The position numbers and the translations under genes are program-made. 64,000 nt of DNA from Chiloscyllium plagiosum (taxonomy: Eukaryota), in NCBI RefSeq assembly GCF_004010195.1, contig NC_057718.1, forward strand, positions 82,727,122-82,791,121, written 5' to 3'. The notes below the pieces were generated by a model. That model searched no databases. It had not been told where the DNA came from and saw only the letters and a list, made by a program, of their open reading frames with translations. Position 1 is the first letter of the stretch; each line of letters begins with the position of its first letter. This document shows positions 12,452 through 25,760 of the stretch, piece after piece.

Positions 12452-14406
12452 TGAGTTGAAAAATGTGGTGCTGGAAAAACACAGCAGGCCAGGCAGCATC
12501 CGAGGAGCAGGAGAATCGACCTTTCGGGCATAAGCCCTTCTTCAGGAATGAGACTGGTGTGCCAAGCGGACTTAGATAAAAGGTAGCGGGGAGGGAATTT
12601 GGGTGAGGGGCGCTGGGAATACGATAGGTGGAAGGAGGTGAGGGTGACGGTGATAGGCCGGAGAGGGAGTGGGGGCGGAGAGGTCGGGAAGAAGATCGCA
12701 GGTCAAGAGGGAGGTGCTGAATCCGTGGGTTGGGACTGGGATAAGGTGGGGGGAGGGGAAATGAAGAAGCTGGAGAAATCTACATTCATCCCGTGTGGTT
12801 GGAGGGTTCCTAGGCGGCAGATGAGGTGCTCTTCCTCCAGGCGTCGTGTGGCCAGGGTCTGGCGATGGAGGAGGCCAAGGACCTGTATGTCCTTAGCGGA
12901 GTGGGAGGGGGAGTTAAAGTGTTCAGCCANNNNNNNNNNNNNNNNNNNNNNNNNNNNNNNNNNNNNNNNNNNNNNNNNNNNNNNNNNNNNNNNNNNNNNN
13001 NNNNNNNNNNNNNNNNNNNNNNNNNNNNNNNNNNNNNNNNNNNNNNNNNNNNNNNNNNNNNNNNNNNNNNNNNNNNNNNNNNNNNNNNNNNNNNNNNNNN
13101 NNNNNNNNNNNNNNNNNNNNNNNNNNNNNNNNNNNNNNNNNNNNNNNNNNNNNNNNNNNNNNNNNNNNNNNNNNNNNNNNNNNNNNNNNNNNNNNNNNNN
13201 NNNNNNNNNNNNNNNNNNNNNNNNNNNNNNNNNNNNNNNNNNNNNNNNNNNNNNNNNNNNNNNNNNNNNNNNNNNNNNNNNNNNNNNNNNNNNNNNNNNN
13301 NNNNNNNNNNNNNNNNNNNNNNNNNNNNNNNNNNNNNNNNNNNNNNNNNNNNNNNNNNNNNNNNNNNNNNNNNNNNNNNNNNNNNNNNNNNNNNNNNNNN
13401 NNNNNNNNNNNNNNNNNNNNNNNNNNNNNNNNNNNNNNNNNNNNNNNNNNNNNNNNNNNNNNNNNNNNNNNNNNNNNNNNNNNNNNNNNNNNNNNNNNNN
13501 NNNNNNNNNNNNNNNNNNNNNNNNNNNNNNNNNNNNNNNNNNNNNNNNNNNNNNNNNNNNNNNNNNNNNNNNNNNNNNNNNNNNNNNNNNNNNNNNNNNN
13601 NNNNNNNNNNNNNNNNNNNNNNNNNNNNNNNNNNNNNNNNNNNNNNNNNNNNNNNNNNNNNNNNNNNNNNNNNNNNNNNNNNNNNNNNNNNNNNNNNNNN
13701 NNNNNNNNNNNNNNNNNNNNNNNNNNNNNNNNNNNNNNNNNNNNNNNNNNNNNNNNNNNNNNNNNNNNNNNNNNNNNNNNNNNNNNNNNNNNNNNNNNNN
13801 NNGGCCTTTGTGATGGGGGATGGAGGTGTACAGGGACTGGATGTCCATGGTGAAGATAAGGCGTTGGGGGCCGGGGAAGCGAAAATCATGGAGGAGGTGG
13901 AGGGCGTGGGTGGTGTCCCGAACGTAGGTGGGGAGTTCTTGGACTAAGAGGGACAGGATAGTGTCGAGTTATGCAGAGATGAGTTCGGTGGGGCAGGAGC
14001 AGGCTGAGACAATGGGTCAGCCGGGACAGTCAGGTTTGTGGATTTCGGGCAGGAGGTAGAAATGGGTGGTGCGGGGTTGTGGCACCAGGAGGTTGGAGGC
14101 AGTGGATGGGAGATCCCCTGAGGTGATGAGGTTATGGATGGTCTGGGAGATGATGGTTTGGTGGTGGGGGGTGGGGACATGGTCAAGGGGCAGTAGGAGG
14201 AGGTGTCCGCGAGTTGGCATCTAGCTTCAGCGGTGTAAAGATCGGTACGCCAAACTACCACTGCACCTCCCTTGTCTGCCGGTTTGATGGTGAGGTTGAG
14301 GTTGGAGTGGAGGGAGTGGAGAGCTGCGTGTTGTGAGGGTGTCCTTGTCTGCCGGTTTGATGGTGAGGTTGGGGTTGGAGCAGAGGGAGTGGAGGGCTGC
14401 GTGTTG
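12452..14406 (-). mobile_element. Penelope-like element: RT N-terminal part, gap, GIY-YIG C-terminus, 3' pLTR with hammerhead
   Basis: NPNLTIKPADK, FYLLPEIHKPDCPG, MDIQSLYTSIPH, AEHFNSPSHS...LGTLQPHGMNVDF. Hammerhead-like core at about 12518-12545. Gap at 12930-13802. Confidence 0.92.
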
Positions 14407-14463
14407 CCGACCCAACCAGTACCCTTCCACTGACATCCCCCATCACGAAGGCCTCCAAGCCCT

Positions 14464-15220
14464 TACTTATACAGCTGCAACATGACATCCCAATTCCTAT
14501 ACTCAGTGCTCTGACCAATGAAGGCAAGCATGCGAAATCCCTTCTTCACTATCCTGTCTGCCTGTGAGGCCAATTTCAAGGAACTATGTAACTGCATCTC
14601 TTGGCCTCTGTGTTTGACAGCACTCCCCAGGGCCCTACCATTATCTATGTAAGTCCTTCTCTGCTTTGTCTCAAAAAATGTAACACTTTGCATTTATCTG
14701 CATTAAACTTGATCTGCCATTCCTCAGCCCATTTTGTTGATTTTGTATCCAATTGGCTTGGTTTCCCTGGATCCCATATGACCTAGCCTTAGTAACCAGT
14801 ATACCATGCAAAACCTTGCCATACTAAAGTCCATATAGACGAAGTCTACCTTCATCTATCTTCTTGGTCACCTCCTCAAAAAAACCCAATCAAATTTGTG
14901 AGAGATGATTTCCCACACACAAAGCCATGCTGTCTATCCCTAATCAGTCTTGCCTTCCAAAATGCATGTAGATCCTATCTCTCAGAATCCCATCCAGCAA
15001 TTAACCCATTGTTAGGCCCACCAGTCTGTAATTCCCTGTTTTCTTCCTTGCAGCCTTTCTTAAATACTGGCACAAGATTAGCCACGCCCCAGTCTTCCAG
15101 CATCTCACCCATGGCTATCGATGACATAAGTATCTCCGTTAGGTGCCCCGCAGTTTCTTCCCTAGCTTCCCATAATGTCCTGGGATATACGTGATCGGGT
15201 CCTAGGAATTTATCAACCCT
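14464..15220 (-). mobile_element. CR1 LINE RT fragments
   Basis: KFLGPDHVYPRTLWEARE...EDWGVANLVPVFKKG and RMLAFIGQSTEYRNWDVMLQLYK. Confidence 0.9.
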
Positions 15221-15499
15221 TAGGCAGCTATTGTTTTGGTTGAACTGCATAGCTTTTATGCTGTGCAAAATTAAACCAAAAAAGATGGAGGATTTGGGAT
15301 AAGATCGACAATAAATTGAAAGGCGGTAGTGATTAAACAACAAATGTCATGACACAGGACAAAAACAGGGTGACAATGAGACAAGCATTGAAACAAAAAA
15401 GCACATTTCCAGTAACAATACTTAGCAGCAAAACCTCCTGTCTTCTTAGTCCACACACCTCGTCACTTTGAACACCGAGCCAATTTCCTCTTTACATTC

Positions 15500-15655
15500 T
15501 CTTCTTTGAAGAGAACATCATCTTTTCTAATCTCTGTGTTAATGCTGCCCCTCAACCCTGCAACCACTCTCTCCAAAGCTTCCGCATCCTTCCTAATGTG
15601 CACAGTGCAGAATTGAACACAATACTGCAGCAGACATAAAACCAATGTTTCATAA
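15500..15655 (-). mobile_element. Old CR1 fragment
   Basis: LQYCVQFCTVHIRKDAEALERV. Confidence 0.75.
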
Positions 15656-15779
15656 CATCCGGCATAACTTGCTATCGCTTGCTATGCCTCTATTTATAAT
15701 ATTAAATAACTCATAGCATGAAAGAATTTAAATATGTAAAATAAGAATTTTACGCTTGAAGCATTGGAGGGATGAGAGT

Positions 15780-15990
15780 CAATGTTGGTCAGTTTTAACA
15801 ATGGCAAGCAAATCCAAAGAGGATAGAGGATTTCAAAGCCTCCTTGAAAAAGTACCCAACAATATCTGGGAAATCCTGGCTTAAGACCACTCTAAGTGGA
15901 GGGAAAGCAACTGGGAAATATTTGTGTACCTTGAGTTCGCATCACCAAAAACGTGCTCAAGTCAAGCATCAACAGAGAGACTGGGCATTC
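15780..15990 (+). mobile_element. RTE LINE C-terminal relic
   Basis: KASLKK...IWEILA*DHSKWR resembles the RTE C-terminus WExLAxDRxxWR. Confidence 0.5.
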
Positions 15991-17149
15991 AATAGTTGCC
16001 TCTATGCAGATTCTTGAGCAGCAACTGCCAGGCTCACTATTCTGTCCCCATCACACATTTGTCATCAATATAGAACTTGAAGAGATTCTGGAGGGAACCT
16101 TCACATAACTTTGCTTAATGTGGGGACCTTGAGGGGTGGTTGTTAGCAGCATGGTCATAGGCATTGGTCATATGATTCAGGGAACATAGTGAACCATAAA
16201 CCCAGCAGCACTTTACCACTGCTGCCTTTTACCACCTTCACAGTCAGTAAGACACACTATCTTCCTTCGCCTGTGTTGCTATTGAGAACTTATTGGACTG
16301 CACTTGCCCTCTCACCAGTTTTGCTGTCATGGTCATACTAGGAACAAGGAGCTCTCAACAAATTTGGTCCTGGGATAATCAGAGTTCACAAGCCTCTCCG
16401 ATACGTCGAGGCTATGATCTATGGAAGGGGTTTGTTTATAGATCACTTCAATCAAGTAATTTTTAAAAGGGTATGGTTTCAAACAATTTGTGCATATGGG
16501 CAGAATTGAATTGGCGCCAATGTTATATCCTTGCTGCTTTTCTATTCCATTGAGGTTAATGGATATGGAAGTCAGGAGAGGTGCATGCTGGTCCATTGCC
16601 AATGAACCAAAGTCCATCATTCAAAGCTGAAATGACCCTCATGCTGAGTAAATTACTAAAGATTCCTTTGCTTTTCACATAGTCTTCATTCCCTCAAAAT
16701 GTTAACACTTCAGTCAATGATTTGCTGAAATAATCTATTATTTCATGGCTTTCCCGATTCCTCCACAGGACTCCTGTATTGACGGGCTTCACTCAATTAA
16801 GTTGCAGGTGTCAGCAAGTGGTTTACAACACATCTTTAACTAAATTAGCATGTCGTCAAGAGACCAGTGTCAGAGCTAATAAAACAGTTTTTAAAGTAGA
16901 AACTCACAGAGGATGACAGGTGTGGCTTCACTGCTGATAGCTTTCTGAAAGGAAACGCTGTAGCAACATGTTCTGAGTGTGCTGGAGACACACCGCCCTG
17001 GCAGACTGTCTGCATCGGCAGAGATATCTGAGGAGAGTGGGCCAATATAATAAGATAATATGGTCAGGAATAACCAAAAGCAAAATAAAACAAATCAACA
17101 AGTTATAGGGAAAAAATGACTGTAATACATTTTCAGATTTTAGGTTTTG

Positions 17150-17490
17150 ATTTAGACTTTACTGTCACTTGTACTCAAGTACAAAGGAACGGGGCACAGT
17201 GAAAAGTTTTTGAATGTGACCACACACAGCCATGATTTGGAGATGCTGGTGTTGGACTGGGGTGTACAAAGTTAAAAATCACACAACACCAGGTTATAGT
17301 CCAACAGGTTTAATTGGAAGCACTAGCTTTCCGAGCACTGCTCCTTCATCAGGTACACCACACACAGTGCCATCTTAGGTACAAGTACCTAGGTACAAAA
17401 ATTCAGAACAATGTAGAACGAAATAAGGAATAAAGTTAAAAGTTGAACATTATAGTCTTCTTAAAATTAAATTGGAAAATAAGAAATAAA
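17150..17490 (-). mobile_element. Copy of the 5215-5400 repeat family, interrupted by a Penelope pLTR
   Basis: GCCATCTTAGGTACAAGTACCTAGG and CTTTACTGTCAC are reverse complements of motifs at 5318-5394. Confidence 0.6.
17230..17356 (-). mobile_element. Penelope pLTR (family B) with hammerhead core and 11-bp flanking duplication
   Basis: Minus strand reads GTAC-CTGATGA-A-GGAGC AGT GCTCG-GAAA-GC-TA-GTGC. ACCACACACAG occurs at 17219-17229 and 17357-17367. Confidence 0.8.
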
Positions 17491-18591
17491 ACTAGAAGTT
17501 CAACCATTGCAGTCTTTCTCAAATGCTTAGCCATTCTGGATCCGTACTTCCTACGAGGGGGTGATCTCCTCTGCTTTGACACTCTTTCCTCACATTGGCT
17601 AGATCACTTCTGCTTTGGCACACTTTCCTTGTGGTAGCATGATTTCCCCTGCTCTCTTTGTCACTGTAGATGTTAGAGGAATCTCAGTCGCTGTGTTGAG
17701 CTCGCTCCTGGGATCTCAGAGCACCCAAGTCCCCATCCAGGTGCCATCTTTGCCTTAATAGGGGAAACAGAAAACAACAACAGCAAAGAAAACAGGCCAA
17801 TGAATTCAGGTGGATTTCACCAGGGGAGAAAAATACCTATGGAACAAGGAGCTGAAAATGTAACACTCAGCAGCGAATGTTGGGCTGAATTTTACAGAGG
17901 GCTTCGAGGCGTTGACTTTAGGCTGGGAGAAGTTCTTGCGTCCACACCAACCGTGGGATTGGTTCAGCCATTTCCTAACCACAGGCGGTCTCCAATTTGA
18001 GCACAGCTGCTGCTGCCACCCGTTACCTCATGTGGTTGGTGCCATCTCTGAAGTAGCAACAACAAGACCGTTGGGAGAGGTGGGTACCACTGAGGCAGAG
18101 CAGCAAGCTCTTGTGGGTATCTCAAAAGCTGGGGAAGTAGAAAAAAATAACGTTTACGGGGATTCTGCTTTAGCATGCAGTTTAACCCAATACTGTTAAT
18201 CTGCAGAATGAGGTCTCAGTCTAGAGTATTTCAGGCTGTGGATGTGGACTTGCCTTGAAGTTGCTTGCTCCATATCTCAAAGAATGGTTCCTGAAGTCCT
18301 CAAGCATTGTAACACTCCTTTATTTATCTCTGGAAATAATTGGTTCTCAAATGCAGCTGTCTCATGTAGTGTCTTAAACCTCTCTCTCTCTTCATGTTCA
18401 CATTCACAACTGGTCTCTTCTTTCTTACTGATATGAGAGTCTTGTGATTGTGTACAGCGCCAGTGACTTATCTCTTTAGTTCACAGCCATGAGGCTGGTA
18501 CAGTCAGTAGGCAAACCCCTTCAGTAATCATTGGGGCTGGAGCCCACTCTTTAGGTGTTGGATCCTCCTCATGGGCTGCACTGATGTTAGC

Positions 18592-19150
18592 TCCATCATC
18601 ATTGGCGATCCCTCATTGATGAGGATGACTCTCTTCCATTCTCAGGGCGAGTCTGTAGGTGGCTTCAATGTGTCTACTGCAGACACTGCCGCACTTGGGG
18701 CAGAGATGGTTGTGGGAAGGGGTGGGTGGCCTGTTGGTGTAGCAGCATGCTCTAAACGCTGTTATCACCTCGCATTTTCACAACAGCAAGTTCTGCAGGT
18801 GCTCGACGCCTTCCCGGATGCTCCTCCCCCACTATGAACAATCTTGGGCCAGTTATTCCCAGGTGTCTGTGGGAATGCAGCACTTCACTAGTGAGGCCTT
18901 GAGGGTATTCCTGAAATATTTCCTCTGTCTACCTGGGCCTCACCTGCCGTTTCAGAGCCGGGGAGTGTCATGCCGGTCATGTGGACAATGTGCCCAGCCC
19001 ATCGTAGCCGATTAAGGGTGGTCAGTGTCTCAATGCTGGGGATGTTGGCCTGGTCAAGGACGCTGGTGTTGGTGAATCTGCCTTCCCAGCAGATTTGCAG
19101 GATGTTGCGCAGGTAGTGTTGGTGGTACTGCTCCAGCCGATGTCTCAGAG
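18592..19150 (-). mobile_element. RTE-clade LINE 3' fragment
   Basis: Minus translation LEQYHQHYLRNILQICWEGRFTNTSVLDQANIPSIETLTTLNRLRWAGHIVHM, with a (GAT)n-like tail. Confidence 0.88.
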
Positions 19151-19751
19151 CCAGGTATGAATGACCACAGCACTGCTGCTAACAAAATGGCAGTGGCTGC
19201 ATAAAATGGCCCTTAGTAGGGCCTGCAAATATACACCTCTGTACACGGTGGACCAGGTCCTGAGTAACCTCACAATGCGAAGCCTACCTCGATGGTAGAA
19301 CTGCACTGGGAGCCATCCCAACATGGCTTCCCCTAATTTTACTAGCACTTCCACCTTAGATACATTTACACCACCCAGAGGCCAGTAAAATTCAGCGGCA
19401 TCTTTTTGTACCTCTCCTACGTGACTGAGAGACAAGGCTCCATTCTCCATGGCACTCATATCACACTGATTGGGGTTTAACTCCAACACTCCAATTAACA
19501 GCTGTTCCATTTCACAATCCATGCTCTATCATTTAAACAGGAAATTGTACATGTATAGCAATTTTTGCTAATATCCCAAAGTGCCAGTTCCTGCTGTGTT
19601 AGAGGCAATGCAGCAGTCAGCAAGATCCCAGGAACATGATGAAACAGCAGATGCTGTACTGTTTGTTGATGCTGATAAGGAGAAATGTCACCCAGAAAAC
19701 AGGATGATCTCCCTGATTGTCTTTGAAAAGACTGTCCTGCTGACCTTTGCA

Positions 19752-20450
19752 ACCATAGAGTCATACAGCATGGAAACAGACTCTTCAGTCCCACCAGTCT
19801 AACCAAACATAGTCCATTCCTGATGAAGGACTTTTGTCTAAAATGTCAATTTTCCTGCTCCTTGGATGCTGCCTGATCTGCTGTGCTTTCCCAGCACCAC
19901 TGTAATCTAGATTCTGGTTTCCAGTATCTGCAGTCCTCACTTTTGCCTATAATCCCAAATTAAACTAGTCTGACCTGCCTGTGCTTGGCCCATTTCCCTC
20001 CCAACATTTCTTATTCATGTACTTACGTTTTACATATCATAACTATACCCACATTCACTTCTTCCTCTGGAAGTTCATTCCGCGCACAAACCACTCTCTG
20101 TTTAAAATATTTGCCCCTCGTGTCTTTTTAAAATCTTTCTCTTCTCACCTTAAAAATATGTCCCCCTAGTCTTGAAATTCCCCTCAGGAAATGACACCTG
20201 CCATTCATCTTAACCACGCCCCTCATGATTTTGTAAACCTCTATAAGGTCACCCTTCAACCTCCCACGCTCCAGTGGAAAATGTCTCAGCCTAGCCAGCC
20301 TCTCCTTATAACTTAAACCCTCCATTCTTGGCAACATCCAGGTAAATCTTTTCCGAATCCTCTCCAGCTTTATAATACCCTTCTTTTAATAGGGTGACAA
20401 GAACTAGACACAGTATTCCAGAAGAGGCCTCACCAACGTCCTGTACAACT
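19752..20450 (-). mobile_element. CR1 LINE 3' end containing a Penelope pLTR insert (19815-19948, plus strand)
   Basis: MLPRMEGLSYKERL...LKGDLIEVYKIMRG. The insert has CTGATGA-A-GGAC TTTT GTCT-AAAA (degenerate hammerhead). Confidence 0.9.
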
Positions 20451-20511
20451 GAACAGGAAAATGGGTTGAGCTTAATGTTTAATGTTTAATGTTTCATCAC
20501 CGGATAACACA

Positions 20512-20700
20512 AAAAAGACAAACTTGCACTATAACATAATCAAATATCATTGTCAAATCTTCCAAAGCACATCACAAAAAAAAACATCTGAGCCAAAATT
20601 AGCCAATGTACCACATAAGGAGATATTAGGTCAACTGATGGAAGCAAAGGTAAATTCTATCGAGCATCTTAAAGAAAGAAGGAAAGGTAGAGGGATAAAA
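20512..20700 (-). mobile_element. L2 LINE/SINE 3' tail relic
   Basis: Reverse complement resembles the tails at 27560-27665 and 46780-46882. Confidence 0.5.
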
Positions 20701-22287
20701 CAAATGTTAGGGATGTAATTATCTGCAGGGTGACCACTGAGGCAGAATAAAGTATATCACACTTTGGCATGTTAAACGTGTAAGAGGATGGAGGGGCGGG
20801 GTATTGTGAGGGAGTCCTGTTGTGTTTGAAGCAGCGCACCCAGAGATGCAGACTGAGTTCACAAGGACTGGAATGCAGTACCGGCTGCAATCAGTCTGGG
20901 GCACAATCACTCTGAGGAGCACTCACTTCATACATCCCTAAAGCATCCCTGAAGATAGTTATGTGTTTGAAATATGAACATTCAGGTCTGGTCATTGAAT
21001 GGCAGTTAAACCAATGGCACCAGCTGCTGTATTAGGAAGCCATATTCACATGTAGTCTGTACCTCTGTGTTACTTGTTCAGTGACATTACCAGTGTCACT
21101 GTCTCCCTTAGTGAAAGCATAGAAAACAGGGTCAGAATGATGATAGTGAGTATCATTTTCCCTCCACTGGATGTTACTGTGATTGGTGGTTTATTTTGTA
21201 CTGTTCCATTGTCTTCTTAAGAGGCTTGGCTATTATTACAGGATTGGATTGTACACTAAATCTATCAAATCACCCAGTAAAATCCATGGATTCTGTACTG
21301 TAGTGAGTTGATAGTATGTGGATCTGTCTGACTAAGATATTGATAAGTCACGCTGTTGCACAGTTAATAGTTGCATTTATACCATCTGATTTGGGTCAAA
21401 TATTCAAGCAGCCCACCTTAATTTCTAAGCATGCTGACAGAAAACAGTTTATAAAATTCCAGAATTAGTGTCATTGGTAGAATTTAAAGACTATTTCAGG
21501 GAATTACAGCTACTGCAGAAGGCTGCAAAATAAGTGGGCCTTATCATTCCCTGTGATAGACCCTATACCATACCTTCAATTGTAGAGCCTTACGAACTCT
21601 TCTGTATGAGTACTGCAGTGACATTAATAAAATTCAGTGAAATGAGACCCTGAATATGTGATAATTAATTGCACAGTAGAATACATAAACATAATTACCA
21701 CGCCAAATTCTCTCATATGGAAAAATGGCGTTGAATAATTAAAAAACCCACAACCTGTTTAGGCAGAAGGAATGAAGCAAGACACAGTGCAATTGATCTT
21801 TGACCTGTTTCACTGGGATGATTCAGTGAGCAGGATGTGAACATCCAGATTCATTGTCACTGCTCCAAGGCAAGAACACAGATCTGAAACATTTAACTTG
21901 CTCCTGCTGTCTGCCAACACACACTGCCAGATTCACTGAGTATTTCCATCATCTTGTGTTAACCTCATTGTCAGTGGCTCTGGGTAAAAGTTAATCCCCA
22001 AAACCTCACAAAGATTAATGTCAGCTTCTGGAACTTTTATCGCCATTGAGCAGCAGCAGACTGGGACGTGAGGTGTCTTTAATGTAACAAAATATACCCA
22101 GCCGTTTTATTGTAGCATTTCCACTTAAGGACTCTGCAGAATCCCAGGAAATGCCTGGGAAATTAAGCTTTCTGATGGGAAATCCCTTTGCACCTTGAAA
22201 AATCCTGAATGACAGAGCATTTGGAGGGTTCCATTTATGCTAAACTGATAGTCACCCAGGAAAAGTTAGACAATTACAATTAAACCT

Positions 22288-22628
22288 CGGCATGGTGGCA
22301 CAGTGGTTAGCACTGCTACCTCACAGCGCCAGGGACTCGGGTTCAAATCCAGCTGCAGACGACTGTCTGTGTGGAGTTTGCACATTCTCCCCATGTCTGT
22401 ATGGGTTTCGTCCGGCTGCTCTGGTTTCCTCCCACAGTCCAAAGATGTGCCAGTTAGGTGAATTGGCCATGCTAAACTGCCCATAGTGTTCAGGGATATG
22501 TAGGTTAGGTGCATTACTCAGGGATAAATGTAGAGGAATGGGTTTGAATGGGATGCTGTTCATTGGGTTGGTGTGGACTTGTTGGGCTGAAGGGCCTGTT
22601 TCCACACCGTTGGGATTCGAAGATTCTA
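22288..22628 (+). mobile_element. HE1-type V-SINE
   Basis: tRNA head (TGGCACAGTGG, GGTTCAAATCC), V-domain TGTGTGGAGTTTGCACATTCTCCCC, CR1-derived tail. Confidence 0.95.
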
Positions 22629-22677
22629 AAACCCAGTCTAACTCCTGGAAAGCTGTTAAGCTGACCCCCAACTTACT

Positions 22678-23062
22678 ACTCCAACCACAGAGCATCAACA
22701 TCGATTTCACCAGTTTTGTCATCTCCCCTCCCCCCACCTCATCCCAGATCCAACCCTCCAACTCGGCACCGCCCTCTTAAACTGTCCTACCTGTCCATCT
22801 TCCTTCCCACCTATCTGCTGCACCCTCCCCTCTGACCTAACACTATCACCTGCATCTACCTATCACTTCCCTCGCTACCTTCCCTCCATCCCCACCCCCA
22901 CCCTCCTATTTATCCCTTAGACCCCCACATTCCTGATGAAGGGCTTATGCCCGAAAAGTCGACTCTCCTGCTCCTCGGCTGCTGCCTGAGCTGCTGTGCC
23001 TTTCCAGCCCCACACACTCTCTCGACTCTGATCTCCAGAGTCTGCAGTCTTCACTTTCTTCT
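22678..23062 (+). mobile_element. Penelope 3' end with family A pLTR and a hammerhead core at 22933-22960
   Basis: LQPQSINIDFTSF C-terminus, C-rich UTR, CTGATGA-A-GGGC TTAT GCCC-GAAA-AG-TC. Confidence 0.9.
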
Positions 23063-24139
23063 TACAACATACACCTCCAATTACACTTCCCCTGATTCCT
23101 TACACCCTCCCAGACCTCCTGAAAACCACTGTTTGTCTCAGCCTCACCCCAACAGGCCCCACCATCCCGCACAATTCGACCTGATCCTGTACCCGACATC
23201 AAACATCTACTGCCCACAGCTAGCCACATTCCCTGCCCATCAGCCCCAACACTGCTGATAGCCCTTACACATCCACCTGACCTATCCTCATCACAGTATA
23301 CACCCGGCATCCCTATTCACTTGGTACTCTACCCACTTGACATATTAATTACCTGCCACCATACCCATCTGGTACCCTGGCACCGTACCAACCTGGCATC
23401 CTAACTTCCTAACCAACAGCCAGCTCAAACCCATCCTGATCTTACTTATTGAACCTTTCACAGCAGCTCTCTAAAGGTCTAGCTGGACATTTAAATTTCA
23501 GGGCACAATACACTGACTGCTGCAAAATTATAGCAATTTAACTGTGATAGCCACTCCTTGGAAATATCTCATAAAAACATCCATTTTGTCAAAATAACAA
23601 TTTTTAATTCACTGGCTGGAAACCAAAATTTGTTTTTTGTAAAACTAAAACCTTCTTAAAACAGAGACACATTGTACCTTGAGTTTCACAATAAAAGATG
23701 ACGACAAAACTTGCATTTCTCAACCTTTCACTTTGAATCCATTGAGGTGAAACGCCGAGTCTGCAAAGATCGATCAAGGACAATGTCCTCAGGGAAATAT
23801 GAGTGAGTCACATACCCTGCTCCCCATTGACAAACTCATTTGAAATATTCAACTGACCACGATGAGTCAAGACTCACTTACTCCATTCCTGCAGGGTTCC
23901 TTCAGTGTGGTTCAGGTAGCAACCCTTACTTAAGCACCTCAGTGGTCTGTTTGGGCTTCTTGCATATGTGCATGCTGCTCTCAAACTGTCTGAGTTATGT
24001 ACCAATGTTGGGTGATCAGGGGAGAGCTCCTGTTTTCCAATAGCCATCTCCAGTTTCTTACAGCGGCTCAAATGACTCTGGTACAGTGGATTAACACAGA
24101 ATAAAATAATCAGGCATAATCTGGATAATATCCTGCATC

Positions 24140-24250
24140 CGGTAGGCTAATTAATAAAGTTGGATCACATGGGATTCAGGGTGAGCTTGCCAATTGGATG
24201 CAAAACTGGATTGACGATAGGAGACAAAAAGGTGGTGGAGGGTTGTTTTA
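24140..24250 (+). mobile_element. CR1 RT fragment
   Basis: GRLINKVGSHGIQGELANWMQNW. Confidence 0.8.
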
Positions 24251-24965
24251 GGGCAGAATCTTCTGGTTTTTGACTAAGTCTAAGTGTATCGGGTGTTTTG
24301 AAAGAACTTCTGCCGCAAAGCTGAGTAAATACTCTGTCCTATTAGACCAAACCTGAATCATTAACTACTCACTCCTTCCTGTTGTGTACCAGCACAAGCA
24401 CTGTCCACCTGGAGCTGCCCTGCATGGGCATTTGCCAAGGACATGTCACACAGGGAGGAATCAGTGCCGTGCTGTGCTCGTAGGAACCTGGGGTCGTGCC
24501 AACGCAGGGCTTCCTCTTCCTCCCTCCCATACCAGTAGTTTAGGCCATGGCACCTGATCATGCCAGCCTGGTCTGAGGTTGCCACCTGGGTTAAAGCATT
24601 CTTAGCCTCCTGGAGGAATTCGGGGCAATGCAGGAAGAAGGTCATTGACCTTCGCTGTGCCAGTGTAGATGCCACCTACTTCTCTTCAAGAACTTTACGG
24701 AACCCACCTCTCACCGCGGCTCATACTCTACCATTCTCACTACAACCTCAGCCTGCTACCTCATCACTCACTTGCTGGCAACCACTCCAACCCCTCACCA
24801 CTAACCCTGCACATCCTCAGAGCTGGCTGTTCCCTCATCTCAGGACACTTCCTCACCTGAACTAAAAGTAACATTGATCTTTCATCTCCCTCAATACCTG
24901 CCTTTCTCTCATCCCAGGAAAAAATCAGCCCACAAACAGGGGAAAAAGACTCAGGATGGACACTG
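24251..24965 (+). mobile_element. PIF/Harbinger-like DNA transposon relic with a Myb/SANT-like fragment
   Basis: Begins GGGCAGAATC after TTA. PAWSEVATWVKAFLASWRNSGQCRKKVIDL matches the AWxxIAxxVNA..RxxxQCRKKWNDL pattern. Confidence 0.6.
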
Positions 24966-25032
24966 GGCTGTCTGACGCATGACTCCTTGTCCTTTATGAG
25001 ACTCTGACTCTGACTGGGCTGTTGGATGACTG

Positions 25033-25152
25033 TGGTAAAAACAATGACTGCAGATGCTGGAAACCAGATTCTGGATCAGTGGTGCTGGAAGAGCACAGCA
25101 ATTCAGGCAGCATCCGACAAGCAGCAAAATCGACGTTTCGAGCAAAAGCCCT
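25033..25152 (-). mobile_element. Penelope pLTR (family A variant), truncated within the hammerhead
   Basis: Nearly identical to the copy at 52347-52433. Confidence 0.8.
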
Positions 25153-25187
25153 GAATGACTGTTTCCGAATCTCTAAAAGCCCTTGAT

Positions 25188-25760
25188 TTTTTATTTCCAT
25201 TCATGGATGTGGCTGTCATTGGCTGGGTCGGTATTTAGTGCCTGTTTCTAGTTGCCCTTGAGAAGGAGGTGGTGGGGAGCTTTCTTCTTGAACTGCTGCA
25301 GTCCACCTGCTGTGGGTTGACTTAAGGAGGGAATTCCAGGATCTTGATCCGGTGACAATGAAGGAATGGTGATAAATTTCGAAATCAGGATGATGAGTGA
25401 CTTGATGGGAAACTTGCAGGTGGCGTATATATCTGCTGCCCATGTCCTTCTGGATGGAAGTGTTTGTGGATTTAGAAAATGCTGTCTGAGGATCTTTGGT
25501 GAATTTCTGCAGTGAATCTTGTCGATATTACACACTGCTGGGACTGAACGTCAAACGTGGAGGGAGTGGATGCTTATGGATGTGCTGCCAATTAATCGGA
25601 CTGTTTTATCCTGGATGGTGTCAAGTGTTTTGGGGCTGCAATCATCCAGGCAACTGGGGAGTATTCCATCACACTCCTGACTGGTGTCTTGCAGATGGTG
25701 GACAGGCTTTGGGGAATCATGAGGTTCTTGCTGCAGTATTCCGAGCTGTGACATGTCCTT
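25188..25760 (-). mobile_element. CR1-group LINE 3' fragment whose tail matches the Deu-SINE tail
   Basis: TLDTIQDKTVRLIG and WNSL motifs. The 3' end resembles 8880-8950. Confidence 0.75.

Noticed and set aside
12599..13947. Long ORFs spanning 12.6-13.9 kb (and 33.3-34.5 kb)
   Set aside because: Their length comes from N runs. Only the Penelope-frame flanks are meaningful.
22288..22365. tRNA genes
   Set aside because: These are tRNA-derived SINE heads continuing into V- or Deu-domains.
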